This document shows, piece by piece, positions 51,416 through 60,164 of a stretch of 64,000 bases of DNA. The translations under genes and the position numbers were made by a program. A model generated the notes under the pieces. It was not told where the DNA came from and searched no databases. It saw nothing but the letters and a program-made list of their open reading frames with translations. Each line of letters starts with the position of its first letter. The stretch's first letter is position 1. The DNA lies in IMG/VR virus record IMGVR_UViG_3300017917_005108, positions 32,001-96,000 of that record; one strand, 5' to 3'. This DNA is from a virus.

Positions 51416-52737
51416 CTCAAGGATAGATTTGTAAGTGTTGATATTGAAGATGTTGAAGCTTCCGTTTCATTATTGATTTCATCTTCAGTTAATGTAAGAG
51501 TTGAGTAGTCAATGCGCATATTAACAGAGCCAAAGTTTGCACCAAATCTATTCTTCATCATACCCATCTTTATTACACCTAATTCTTTATCTGTATCTTC
51601 TTGCCAAATGCTTAATATTACGTCAGCAGTAAAGCCTAATCCCATAGATTCGGATAATGTCTTTAATCCGGGATCACTAACTTCATAGCCTTCTCTATTG
51701 AGCTGTGTAGCAGATATGACAGGAAAATTAAAGACATAGCTCAAAGCTCTCAACTGTTCTGTGACGTATTTAACTCTTTCATATGTGTTATTACCGATAG
51801 TAGTATGAAGAAGATTAACGTAGTCAACAACAAGAGCATCTATTTTAATGCCTTTATTTACAATCTTCTTAATGAATGCTTTTAGGTTATTTGTTGTTAT
51901 AGTCGATGGGGGGAATTCTTTAATAATAATCTTTGATGATGGATTGGTGTTTCTATAGTCCTGTAATTGTTGAAATAGTGTAGTAGATTCACTCTTAAGA
52001 TGGCTAAAAGGTATTTTTGTAATATTAGTACAAAGTCTTTTTGCGTATATCATTTCAGGCATCTCAAGAGATACAAGTAATACTGTCTTACCCTGTGATG
52101 CAATGTTTACTGCAATATTACCTAAGAAGATTGACTTACCGATATTAGTTTCACCTGCAAAAATATAAATAGATCTTCCACTTTCTAGAAAACCACCGCC
52201 AATCTTATCATCAAGCCATTTCCATTTAGAAGATATATAATTCTCTTGCTTATTTAAATCATCAATAATTTGGTTGGTATCTTCAAGCAAATCAAGTCCA
52301 ATATTTGTTGTTAATGATACGTTACAGGCTTTTTCAAATTTATCTAAAACTGCGCTTGTATCTACGGAGTTTTTATTAATATCGTCAACAACCTCAAGCA
52401 TTGTATAGTATACAGATTTCTCTTTTAAGAATGTCTCAGTATTAGAGTTTAATTCATCAGCATTTAAATTTTTATCAAAATTATTAAAACTATTGATTAC
52501 ATTTTTAAAGCTTGTTTTTAATTCTTCTGTAGTAAGATATGTCTTTATTTCTGTTGGTGTAGGCTTCACGCCTCTCTTTTGATAAAATTCTTTTATTACT
52601 GTAAAGATATTCTTTATATCTACATTTTTAAAATAAAGAGGCTTAACATAATCAATAATAGAAGCAAGATAAGTCTCATCAGTAAGAGACTTATACATAA
52701 TGACGTTCTCAAAAAAATCTAAATCAAGCTTCTGCAT
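51412..52737 (-). CDS. gp41: replicative helicase gp41/DnaB-like
   Basis: GETNIGKS, SLEM, IIKEFP, VVDY, SATQLNR, SES, MKNRFG. Confidence 0.95.
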   Translation of the reverse strand: MQKLDLDFFENVIMYKSLTDETYLASIIDYVKPLYFKNVDIKNIFTVIKEFYQKRGVKPTPTEIKTYLTTEELKTSFKNVINSFNNFDKNLNADELNSNTETFLKEKSVYYTMLEVVDDINKNSVDTSAVLDKFEKACNVSLTTNIGLDLLEDTNQIIDDLNKQENYISSKWKWLDDKIGGGFLESGRSIYIFAGETNIGKSIFLGNIAVNIASQGKTVLLVSLEMPEMIYAKRLCTNITKIPFSHLKSESTTLFQQLQDYRNTNPSSKIIIKEFPPSTITTNNLKAFIKKIVNKGIKIDALVVDYVNLLHTTIGNNTYERVKYVTEQLRALSYVFNFPVISATQLNREGYEVSDPGLKTLSESMGLGFTADVILSIWQEDTDKELGVIKMGMMKNRFGANFGSVNMRIDYSTLTLTEDEINNETEASTSSISTLTNLSLS

Positions 52738-52745
52738 TATCTTTA

Positions 52746-53441
52746 TTATATACCTAAACTAGAATATTCACTAAGAAATTTTTCCTGGCTCTGTGTAAAA
52801 GATGGGTCATTAGGATTTAATAAACCGGGTGATCTATGAATTACCCATATAGGATGAACACCAAGCTTTAATTTTTTGGAATTTGCATCTAAACTACTTG
52901 CAATATCGTAATGATGGAATTTATAATTTTCATTAAACTTCCATCCAGACTTTTTAATTTTTTTAGTATCAATACTTATAAACAGACCATCTAGAATTGC
53001 TACGCGTGAAGGAGTGGCGCCAAAAGTAGTCATAACTAACGATTCGTTATCTGCAAAATGGGCAACAGCTCCTCTAAGATTACCACTACCAAAGCCACCG
53101 CACATTAAATGCCATAAAGCTGGTCTTATTATTTTTGCATTCACACCGCCAGCAAGACCAACTATATCATATCTTGTATGAGCTGCTACAAGCTTATCTA
53201 CGACATTAAAGTCATCTATATAAACATCATCATGAACAAAAACTATATAATCATAATTTGAAATATTATCAAATAATTCTTTATTATATCTTACACTAAG
53301 GCCATCAGTGTTATTGCAAGCATAGTGTATATCAATATCGTGCTGTGTTTTTACTTTTTCTGTTATTTTAGATATACTGTTGTAGAAAAGAGTATTTTCT
53401 ATGCTTGGGCTTCTAGTAGCGCTAAAAAATGCTATCTTCAT
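52746..53441 (-). CDS. GT-A fold glycosyltransferase-like protein
   Basis: YN...VFVHDDV, VGLAG, LDGLFI, FHHYD. Confidence 0.75.
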   Translation of the reverse strand: MKIAFFSATRSPSIENTLFYNSISKITEKVKTQHDIDIHYACNNTDGLSVRYNKELFDNISNYDYIVFVHDDVYIDDFNVVDKLVAAHTRYDIVGLAGGVNAKIIRPALWHLMCGGFGSGNLRGAVAHFADNESLVMTTFGATPSRVAILDGLFISIDTKKIKKSGWKFNENYKFHHYDIASSLDANSKKLKLGVHPIWVIHRSPGLLNPNDPSFTQSQEKFLSEYSSLGI

Positions 53442-54124
53442 GCAGTAAAGAAAGGTGAATTTGGTTTAAATTCACCAACAGATGTGAGCCCTTCCACTGT
53501 TTGTAAAAAAAGTGTACCTTCTTCGAGAGGTTTGAATTTATCGTGCGGTATAGATGAGAAATCATTGCTAATATAATCTGCATATAGCGTGCTTCCAGAA
53601 CGAGCTAGATATACGTTACCGGTTTTGCTATTATATATCCAAAGTCCAAATGTTCCTTTTAAAAGTGATAATGCAGTACAAATACAGTCAACTTCTTTCT
53701 TCGACTTCTCGCAGACAGAATGTATCAGTGCAGGTATAACAGATGAATCTACTTCATTAATGCTTTTATATTTTTTAAGCTGCTTTTTAAGCTCATTATG
53801 ATTTGTAAGAACACCATTATGCGCTACATACCATTCCTTCTCATTAAATGGATGAGTTGTATCGTGTTTATAGTCTCTTTGAGATGAGGTCGGTGCTTGC
53901 GTATGGCCAAGGTAATTCTTAAAATCACTCAAAAGCATAGATTTTTTTCCCTTCAATTGAAGGGCTGGTTTTCCAGAAAAATTAAATGTTCCTTTTACTT
54001 TTACAACAGCGTGTAACTTATTGTCAATAAACACACCTCCATAAGAGAAATTACCTCGTTTCTTATTTTTCTTATATAAAGACACATATCTTTTATAATC
54101 CTTTGATCCGAAGATACCGCACAT
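53438..54124 (-). CDS. class-II (Ntn) glutamine amidotransferase
   Basis: N-terminal MCGIFG, GHTQAPT, HPF, AHNGVLTN, VDS. Confidence 0.9.
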   Translation of the reverse strand: MCGIFGSKDYKRYVSLYKKNKKRGNFSYGGVFIDNKLHAVVKVKGTFNFSGKPALQLKGKKSMLLSDFKNYLGHTQAPTSSQRDYKHDTTHPFNEKEWYVAHNGVLTNHNELKKQLKKYKSINEVDSSVIPALIHSVCEKSKKEVDCICTALSLLKGTFGLWIYNSKTGNVYLARSGSTLYADYISNDFSSIPHDKFKPLEEGTLFLQTVEGLTSVGEFKPNSPFFTA

Positions 54125-54130
54125 TCATAT

Positions 54131-54159
54131 ATTATATGCGATTAGCATAAATAATTCAA
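54131..54159 (-). promoter_or_regulatory. sigma70-like promoter TTGAAT-N17-TATAAT, ATG 6 nt downstream; opposite-strand late TAAATA inside its spacer
   Basis: Read directly. Confidence 0.7.
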
Positions 54160-54160
54160 G

Positions 54161-55030
54161 ATGAATAATGATAGTAAGTTAATATTTGAAGCATATTTAC
54201 AGAAAAAAATGTTAAATGAAGCACCTCCTGCATATGCAATGGGGGATTTAGATATATCTGAACCTAGTCTTAAATCAGCTCCTGGCGGTGGCTATGGCCT
54301 TAAGAAAGCAGCTGCAAAATCAGGTAAATCTATGAAAGAAGTTTCTGATGAATTGGTTAAAAAGATTCAATCACAGCTCTTTAAGCCTGAATCTCACACA
54401 GTTGATGGTGTTGAATATACCCTCTTTTATCCTGGTAATGAAATGAAGCTCCGTAATGATCTACATAGCTTAATTCAAAAAGAACTTGGATTGGGTAAAA
54501 CAGAAGCGGGTTATACAGCTAGAATTGTAAGAAATATGTTAAACATAGTTGTAAAAGATGAAGTAACAGGTGGTATAGCTGTTGCTCCAGAGAAAGTTAA
54601 AGACGCAGTCAAAGCAGGTGCAGCTAAGCCAGTGAAAACAGAAACTGTTTATGAAATTGAAAAAAGTGTTAAAGTTCCAGATAAATCATTAAGAAAATTT
54701 ATTCTATCATTGCCTGACGAAGATGTACCTGAAAAAGAGATTCTAGGTGTTCTAAAAAATGCTATAAAAGAATATAATGATACACCTGGCTTATCAAAAG
54801 AAGATATGCTAAAAATGAGAAGCTTAGAGCTTGTTGATAAGCTTACAGAGCTGGGTGTTTTAAGGACAAAGCAAGTAGAAGCAAAGCAAAAAGAAGGTGA
54901 AGGTTCTGGAGAAGTTGAGACTATTGAAGATTATCCAGAAACTGATACCGCTGGTTCAGTAGCTAGAGAACTTGGTTACATTGGTCGTGGTAGAGGATTT
55001 GATGCTGGTGGCTTTAGTTATAACGACTAA
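54161..55030 (+). CDS. late hypothetical protein (candidate internal head protein)
   Basis: TAAATA 7 nt upstream; N-terminus DSKLIFEAY...LNEA. Confidence 0.6.
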   Translation: MNNDSKLIFEAYLQKKMLNEAPPAYAMGDLDISEPSLKSAPGGGYGLKKAAAKSGKSMKEVSDELVKKIQSQLFKPESHTVDGVEYTLFYPGNEMKLRNDLHSLIQKELGLGKTEAGYTARIVRNMLNIVVKDEVTGGIAVAPEKVKDAVKAGAAKPVKTETVYEIEKSVKVPDKSLRKFILSLPDEDVPEKEILGVLKNAIKEYNDTPGLSKEDMLKMRSLELVDKLTELGVLRTKQVEAKQKEGEGSGEVETIEDYPETDTAGSVARELGYIGRGRGFDAGGFSYND

Positions 55031-55763
55031 TTGATTTACAATTATATTTTTTCCACGGAATTTCCTTACTATAGGGCACTGGATCAATAAAGCCTGCATC
55101 TATAAAACCTTTTATCCTCAAAGAGCATGCAGTACATTCACCGCAAGCTTGCTCTCTTCCTTCATAGCAAGTCCAGGTTTGACTGAAATCTACTCCAAGC
55201 TTAACACCTAATTTTATAATTTCTTCTTTAGATTTATCAATTAATGGTGCTTGAACTGTAATTCTGTTTCTTCTATTAAGAGCTGACACCTTATTAATTT
55301 GCTCAAGAAACTCATCACTCCCGTCCCAAAACCCTGCAACACTATCAGCTTGTGCAGCTCCATGAAAAACAGTACTAGCGCCATAGTTTTCTGCGATTGC
55401 GAGAGAGATACTAAGTAACATTAAGTTTCTGTATGGAACATAGTTTACTGTTTGCGGGTCACCCATTACGTCCTTAGCTTTTGCTACTGCAATCTTACTA
55501 TTAAGAAGTGAAGAGACTTGACATATATCTTTGAAAAACGGTAATTTTATGTGCAAACTGTCGACCGGCATATCAACTGATTCAATCTGAAATGACGCGC
55601 AGTTTATTTCTTTATCACGGTGTTTTTGACCGTAATCATAGTTAACCGTAATTATCTTATCATACCTACTTGCAGCCAAATGAAGTAGGACAGTACTATC
55701 CATGCCCCCAGAAATAGGGACTACTGCTTTACTCGTGTGGTTCTTCTTCTGTTTGCGCTTCAT
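55014..55763 (-). CDS. queC: 7-cyano-7-deazaguanine synthase QueC-like
   Basis: SGGMDS PP-loop, YGQKH, YVPYRN, TWTCY...CGECTAC. Confidence 0.92.
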   Translation of the reverse strand: MKRKQKKNHTSKAVVPISGGMDSTVLLHLAASRYDKIITVNYDYGQKHRDKEINCASFQIESVDMPVDSLHIKLPFFKDICQVSSLLNSKIAVAKAKDVMGDPQTVNYVPYRNLMLLSISLAIAENYGASTVFHGAAQADSVAGFWDGSDEFLEQINKVSALNRRNRITVQAPLIDKSKEEIIKLGVKLGVDFSQTWTCYEGREQACGECTACSLRIKGFIDAGFIDPVPYSKEIPWKKYNCKSISRYN

Positions 55764-56847
55764 TTGAATTATACTTGTATTCTTCGGTTAAGCGCTTGTC
55801 GAGTTCAGGTATAATGAATTCCTCGTAGAAAGCGGGGTCTTTTGCAAAACTCTTTGCATACCCTAGTTTATCACCTTTCTTATATTTTCCACTTGTAACA
55901 CCTACAGTATAAGTAGCACCATTTTGTTCAACAATACCTCTTGCTGCAGCCATTCCTAATAACCCACTATACTTGTTAAGTCCTGTCTTAAAGGACAGAT
56001 ACATTTCTGTCTCTAAGAATGGCGGTAAGAAGCGATTCTTTACAGTTAAAGCACGTAATGTTGTACCGCTGTATTTGTTAGCCTCTGCAATCTTTTTATC
56101 TTCTGCATCAATAGAATCACCTTCACCCTCTTTTTCATGACGCTTAGCAAGCTGTACAAGTATACTAGCCATGTATACTGGACCTGAGCCACCAGCTTGA
56201 TTCTTCACAAGACTAGGAAACATTGCAGCTGGGTCATCATATGTATGGTTAGTAAAGAGAATAGTTACACCAGCTTTTGCAGCTTTGAAAGTTAGAGTAC
56301 GGAATAAACTCTTAAGAGACTTTGCCCTAAGTCCCATATCAGCAGCTGATTTATCCTTTGCAACGTCGTCTAGCTCTTTTTGAGAAGCGAGATTACCTAA
56401 ACTATCAATACTAATAATAAATTTACCTTTAGCATTATTTTCTACTACACTATCAAGAAATGCTGCGATTTGGTTACGACACTGATCAATAGTATCTACA
56501 GGTACGTACTTAGTGTTTTCAGGATCTAAGCCAACACCTTTTGTACTATTTTCATCTATAGCAATTTCTGTGTCAAATATGACCGGTGTAATGCCTTTCT
56601 TTTGAGCATTAGCTAGAATCTTATTTACAATAAATGTTTTACCAGTTTGACTTGGTCCAGAGAATCCTGTTATTCTTCCCTTAGGGACACCACCACCGCG
56701 GCAACTGCCACCAAGTATAGCGTTAAGAGCATAACATCCTGTATCAAACCACTCATCAACTTTACTAAGTGCATTTTCGTTTAAAAAGGAAGCTTCGCTA
56801 TTTAGTTTATCTAGACTTGCAAATATTTTACTAAGGTCTTTGCTCAT
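55729..56847 (-). CDS. uvsX: RecA-like recombinase UvsX
   Basis: DTGCYALN, GPSQTGKT, FDTE, IDSLGNL, DMGLRAK, TNHTY, GGSG. Confidence 0.93.
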   Translation of the reverse strand: MSKDLSKIFASLDKLNSEASFLNENALSKVDEWFDTGCYALNAILGGSCRGGGVPKGRITGFSGPSQTGKTFIVNKILANAQKKGITPVIFDTEIAIDENSTKGVGLDPENTKYVPVDTIDQCRNQIAAFLDSVVENNAKGKFIISIDSLGNLASQKELDDVAKDKSAADMGLRAKSLKSLFRTLTFKAAKAGVTILFTNHTYDDPAAMFPSLVKNQAGGSGPVYMASILVQLAKRHEKEGEGDSIDAEDKKIAEANKYSGTTLRALTVKNRFLPPFLETEMYLSFKTGLNKYSGLLGMAAARGIVEQNGATYTVGVTSGKYKKGDKLGYAKSFAKDPAFYEEFIIPELDKRLTEEYKYNSNEAQTEEEPHE

Positions 56848-56853
56848 AGTTCT

Positions 56854-56881
56854 AGTATATTATAATTTGATAATATATCAA
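56854..56881 (-). promoter_or_regulatory. sigma70-like promoter TTGATA-N16-TATACT, ATG 6 nt downstream
   Basis: Read directly. Confidence 0.75.
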
Positions 56882-56884
56882 CTA

Positions 56885-57244
56885 TTATTCGTCAAAGAGC
56901 TTGATAACTTTTTCAGGCTGAGGGGCAGCTGCAGGTGCAGGCTGCGCAGTAAACAATCTCTTATACTGCTCTAGAAGACGTTCATCATTCTCAACATCAA
57001 CAGCTTCAACAATAGAAGCTCTGTTAAAATTCCAAGTAGAACCAGCTTCACGGTTCTTTTCTGAAATAAATTCTCTAAAATAGAGAGGGATAGTCTGGAC
57101 ATTAAGTTGTCCCTGGGGTGTAGGCTGTACATGAAGAATAGCAGGATTCTTTACCTTTAGCTTATCCTTTGTCTCATCAACAAGTTCAGCAATAATGGTA
57201 CGGCCAATGTGATCAATAAAAGTTACAATATTTTGGTTACTCAT
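56885..57244 (-). CDS. hypothetical protein (possible Sm-like fold)
   Basis: G-x-x-IIAEL...LKVKNPA pattern; own promoter. Confidence 0.55.
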   Translation of the reverse strand: MSNQNIVTFIDHIGRTIIAELVDETKDKLKVKNPAILHVQPTPQGQLNVQTIPLYFREFISEKNREAGSTWNFNRASIVEAVDVENDERLLEQYKRLFTAQPAPAAAPQPEKVIKLFDE

Positions 57245-57250
57245 ACTACA

Positions 57251-57278
57251 ATTTTATTATATTTTATCTAGAAATCAA
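57251..57278 (-). promoter_or_regulatory. sigma70-like promoter TTGATT-N16-TAAAAT, ATG 6 nt downstream
   Basis: Read directly. Confidence 0.7.
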
Positions 57279-58247
57279 CTGTACAATTTCTTTCCAAGCA
57301 CTGTAAGTTTTTTCTTTATCTTTATTATTAACAACTAGGTTATTGTTTTTTAATAACTGCTTTAAATGTGAAAATGAATCAAAATAATTTACACTATACG
57401 TATTGTTATAGAAGTCACATAAACTTAGCCATTTTTCATTTAAAAAATTCTCTCTTTTTCTTCTATCGTCAAATCCTCTAAAAGTTAACTCTGAAAATAA
57501 AGGTATACCTCTATTTGGCCAATTTTGATTGATAAGTTCTAGTATAAACTTCAAACTAGGCATTAAAATAGGTACACCTGCTGTTGTTTGTTCAAACAAA
57601 GACATTGTAGAATTGTGATATGGAAAATGAACGATTGATTTGTAGGAATAAAGATCTTTATATGTATAGTCTCCTAATTTACTTTGATGTATTAGATTTT
57701 CATCCTCTATAAAATTTTTAGAAAAAACTATTGAACTGTTGTGTTTTGGTGTATATTTTTCTTTAGTGTAGTCACATAAGCTTGGTATTAGTTTTATATC
57801 TCTATTAAAAAATAATTTACTGTAGTGTATATCAAATTCATTGTTAGCTATTAAAATGAGATTTTTGTTGTTGTTTAATGACTCTTCTAACCATAATAGT
57901 CTTGATGGGTCATTGTGAAGTGGAAAATCATATCGTATAGGAATAACAACTATTATAGGTTTATTAAACTTTTCGTAGAGTTTTAAAAACGCTGTAGGGT
58001 ATGCTACTATAAATGCATCATATTTGTCTAGTTCATTTTTATGGTGTTTGTAGAAATCATCACACATTTTTTGGTCTATCTTAGACCAGTTGCCATCATT
58101 TATAACTGGAGAGGGGCAAGATGGGTAGTTAAAAATATGTCTATGACCAGAGATTGACCAATGATCAACTTCATGGCCTAAGTGTTCTAGTATATTTTTT
58201 ATATCAGCAATAACAGCAATATGACAATCAATATTAAAAAACTTCAT
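57264..58247 (-). CDS. putative GT-B glycosyltransferase
   Basis: GHEV near N-terminus; VHFPY...MSLFEQTTAGVPILMP; coupled to sugar enzymes. Confidence 0.55.
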   Translation of the reverse strand: MKFFNIDCHIAVIADIKNILEHLGHEVDHWSISGHRHIFNYPSCPSPVINDGNWSKIDQKMCDDFYKHHKNELDKYDAFIVAYPTAFLKLYEKFNKPIIVVIPIRYDFPLHNDPSRLLWLEESLNNNKNLILIANNEFDIHYSKLFFNRDIKLIPSLCDYTKEKYTPKHNSSIVFSKNFIEDENLIHQSKLGDYTYKDLYSYKSIVHFPYHNSTMSLFEQTTAGVPILMPSLKFILELINQNWPNRGIPLFSELTFRGFDDRRKRENFLNEKWLSLCDFYNNTYSVNYFDSFSHLKQLLKNNNLVVNNKDKEKTYSAWKEIVQLISR

Positions 58248-59413
58248 AGATTTTCATTTACTATTTTAATTACATGATCTAAATCTTTTTTAGATAAACT
58301 ACAGTGATTAGGTACATATAATCCCTTTGTATGAATTACATCTGCATTTGGAAGCGATGTCTTACCGTATAGGTTATACCAAAAAGGTTGTTGACCTATA
58401 GATCCACATATTAGAGGTCTGCATTCAACACCGCTATTTCTAAGAGCTTTTACTAGCCTATCTTTATTAGGTGTAATTATTGGATAGCAAAAATTAGAAA
58501 CAAAATTTTCAGAAAGCGGATTAATTTTCCAGTAAGGGTTAGTAATATTCTTATGATAATATTCGTAATTTTTGTTTCTTGTTTCAATTATTTTATCTAG
58601 TTTATTGAGCTGTATTAAGCCTATTTTAGCTTGTAAGTCTGTAGATCTTATGTTGAATCCTGGATAATAAAACGTGTAGAGAGCATTAAAATCATTTATA
58701 TTATATTTTTTTCTAAGCTTTTGTTGTACGGATGGTTCAAGATCTCTATCCCAGCCATGGCTTCTTATACTTGTTATTAAATTATAAATCTCTCTATCAT
58801 TTGTACAAACCATACCCCCTTCAATAGTAGAAAAATGATGACCAAAAAAGAAAGAGAAGGTACTAAAATCACCAAATGTTCCTAGTTTTTTATTATTAAA
58901 GCTTGATCCAATAGACTCACAAGTATCTTCTATGAGTCTTATATTATTTTTTTTACACAATCTTTGAATATATTCAATATTATTGCATGAAAACCCTAAA
59001 ACATGTACTAGTATTAATAGAGAAGGTTGTTCTTTTTTAATAATTTTTTCTAAATGCTCTATGTCAAGACCGAGATCATTCATATTACAGTCACACATAA
59101 TAGGTTGTAAGCCTAGTTGAATAGCAGGTGCTACTGTAGTAGCCCAAGAAATTGCAGGTACAATAATTTTCTTATTTTTAAGTTTATTTGTTTGTATAAG
59201 ACTATACATTGCAGCAAGATTAGCTGATGATCCAGAATTGACAAATACTGCATATTTGGTACCTAACCATCTAGCAAAACTTTTTTCAAATTCTGCAGTT
59301 CTATCTTTTTTAGTAAGTATAGGCGTTGTTTTCAGCCACTTGATGAGAGTGTTAATATCATGCTTGCTGATAGTGTCTTCAGCTAGCTTTACTTTTAAAA
59401 TTTTTGATGTCAT
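58244..59413 (-). CDS. DegT-family PLP enzyme, ColD/E1-type 3-dehydratase
   Basis: VNSGSSANL, IEDTCES, FSFFFGHHFSTIEGG (His in place of the Schiff-base Lys), RSHGW. Confidence 0.85.
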   Translation of the reverse strand: MTSKILKVKLAEDTISKHDINTLIKWLKTTPILTKKDRTAEFEKSFARWLGTKYAVFVNSGSSANLAAMYSLIQTNKLKNKKIIVPAISWATTVAPAIQLGLQPIMCDCNMNDLGLDIEHLEKIIKKEQPSLLILVHVLGFSCNNIEYIQRLCKKNNIRLIEDTCESIGSSFNNKKLGTFGDFSTFSFFFGHHFSTIEGGMVCTNDREIYNLITSIRSHGWDRDLEPSVQQKLRKKYNINDFNALYTFYYPGFNIRSTDLQAKIGLIQLNKLDKIIETRNKNYEYYHKNITNPYWKINPLSENFVSNFCYPIITPNKDRLVKALRNSGVECRPLICGSIGQQPFWYNLYGKTSLPNADVIHTKGLYVPNHCSLSKKDLDHVIKIVNENL

Positions 59414-60164
59414 TAATTGTATCCTGCAGTAGATTGTTGTATCTTATTTTTGTCTTGTGATAGAAGAAATTACTGTGTACAGGCTTTAAATTTTTATCTT
59501 CAAACAAATAATCATCCACATTCATATTAAAATGACTATATAGGTTTGTTATAAATTCTTTTAAATTTACAGGATTACCTGAGCCTACCATTGACATATT
59601 TCGTACAAATTGAGACCTAAAAATCACATACTTAGGATGTACTAGGTCTCTTTTAAAATTTAAATCACCTGTATTAATTTTTTGGCTATTAATAATACTA
59701 TTAAAAATTTTGCTAAATAAAAATCCTTCTTTTCTGTATGGTGTATTAAAGTTGAATGGATGTACGAGATGTATATTGTTTGCTTTTTTATTATCTATAA
59801 ATTCTAATACATTTTCAGTTAAAACATGTTTTGATTTAAGGTAGGGGGAGTATTTATAGTTTATTGGTGTATCTATGGTGACACCGCCTTCATAGTTATT
59901 CCATAAATCGCCAGTACCATATAAATAAAAATCTGTTTTATCGTTATAAAGTTTTTCTAAAATTTCAAAAGTTAAAGCCACGTTTACATTTAGATAATCT
60001 TTCTCTGGTAAATCTAGAAAAGTTCTTTGTTCACAAAAAAAGAAATAAATTTTGTTCGCTTTTTTAGCTATATTATAATCAATGTCATTGGTTGAACAAA
60101 AAACAGTGTTTTCTTTTTCTATATATTGAGCTAGCTGCGAGTTCTTACCTATTACTAAATTCAT
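59379..60164 (-). CDS. NDP-sugar dehydratase/reductase SDR (GMD/RMD-like, divergent)
   Basis: SPYLKSK (YxxxK), FNFNTPYRKEGFLFSKI, GDLNFKRD. Confidence 0.7.
   Translation of the reverse strand: MNLVIGKNSQLAQYIEKENTVFCSTNDIDYNIAKKANKIYFFFCEQRTFLDLPEKDYLNVNVALTFEILEKLYNDKTDFYLYGTGDLWNNYEGGVTIDTPINYKYSPYLKSKHVLTENVLEFIDNKKANNIHLVHPFNFNTPYRKEGFLFSKIFNSIINSQKINTGDLNFKRDLVHPKYVIFRSQFVRNMSMVGSGNPVNLKEFITNLYSHFNMNVDDYLFEDKNLKPVHSNFFYHKTKIRYNNLLQDTINDIKNFKSKAS

Noticed and set aside
52738-52775. Full sigma70-like promoter for the helicase
   Set aside because: TATAAT is 7 nt from the ATG but the -35 is poor (GTGAAT at 15 bp), so it was not counted
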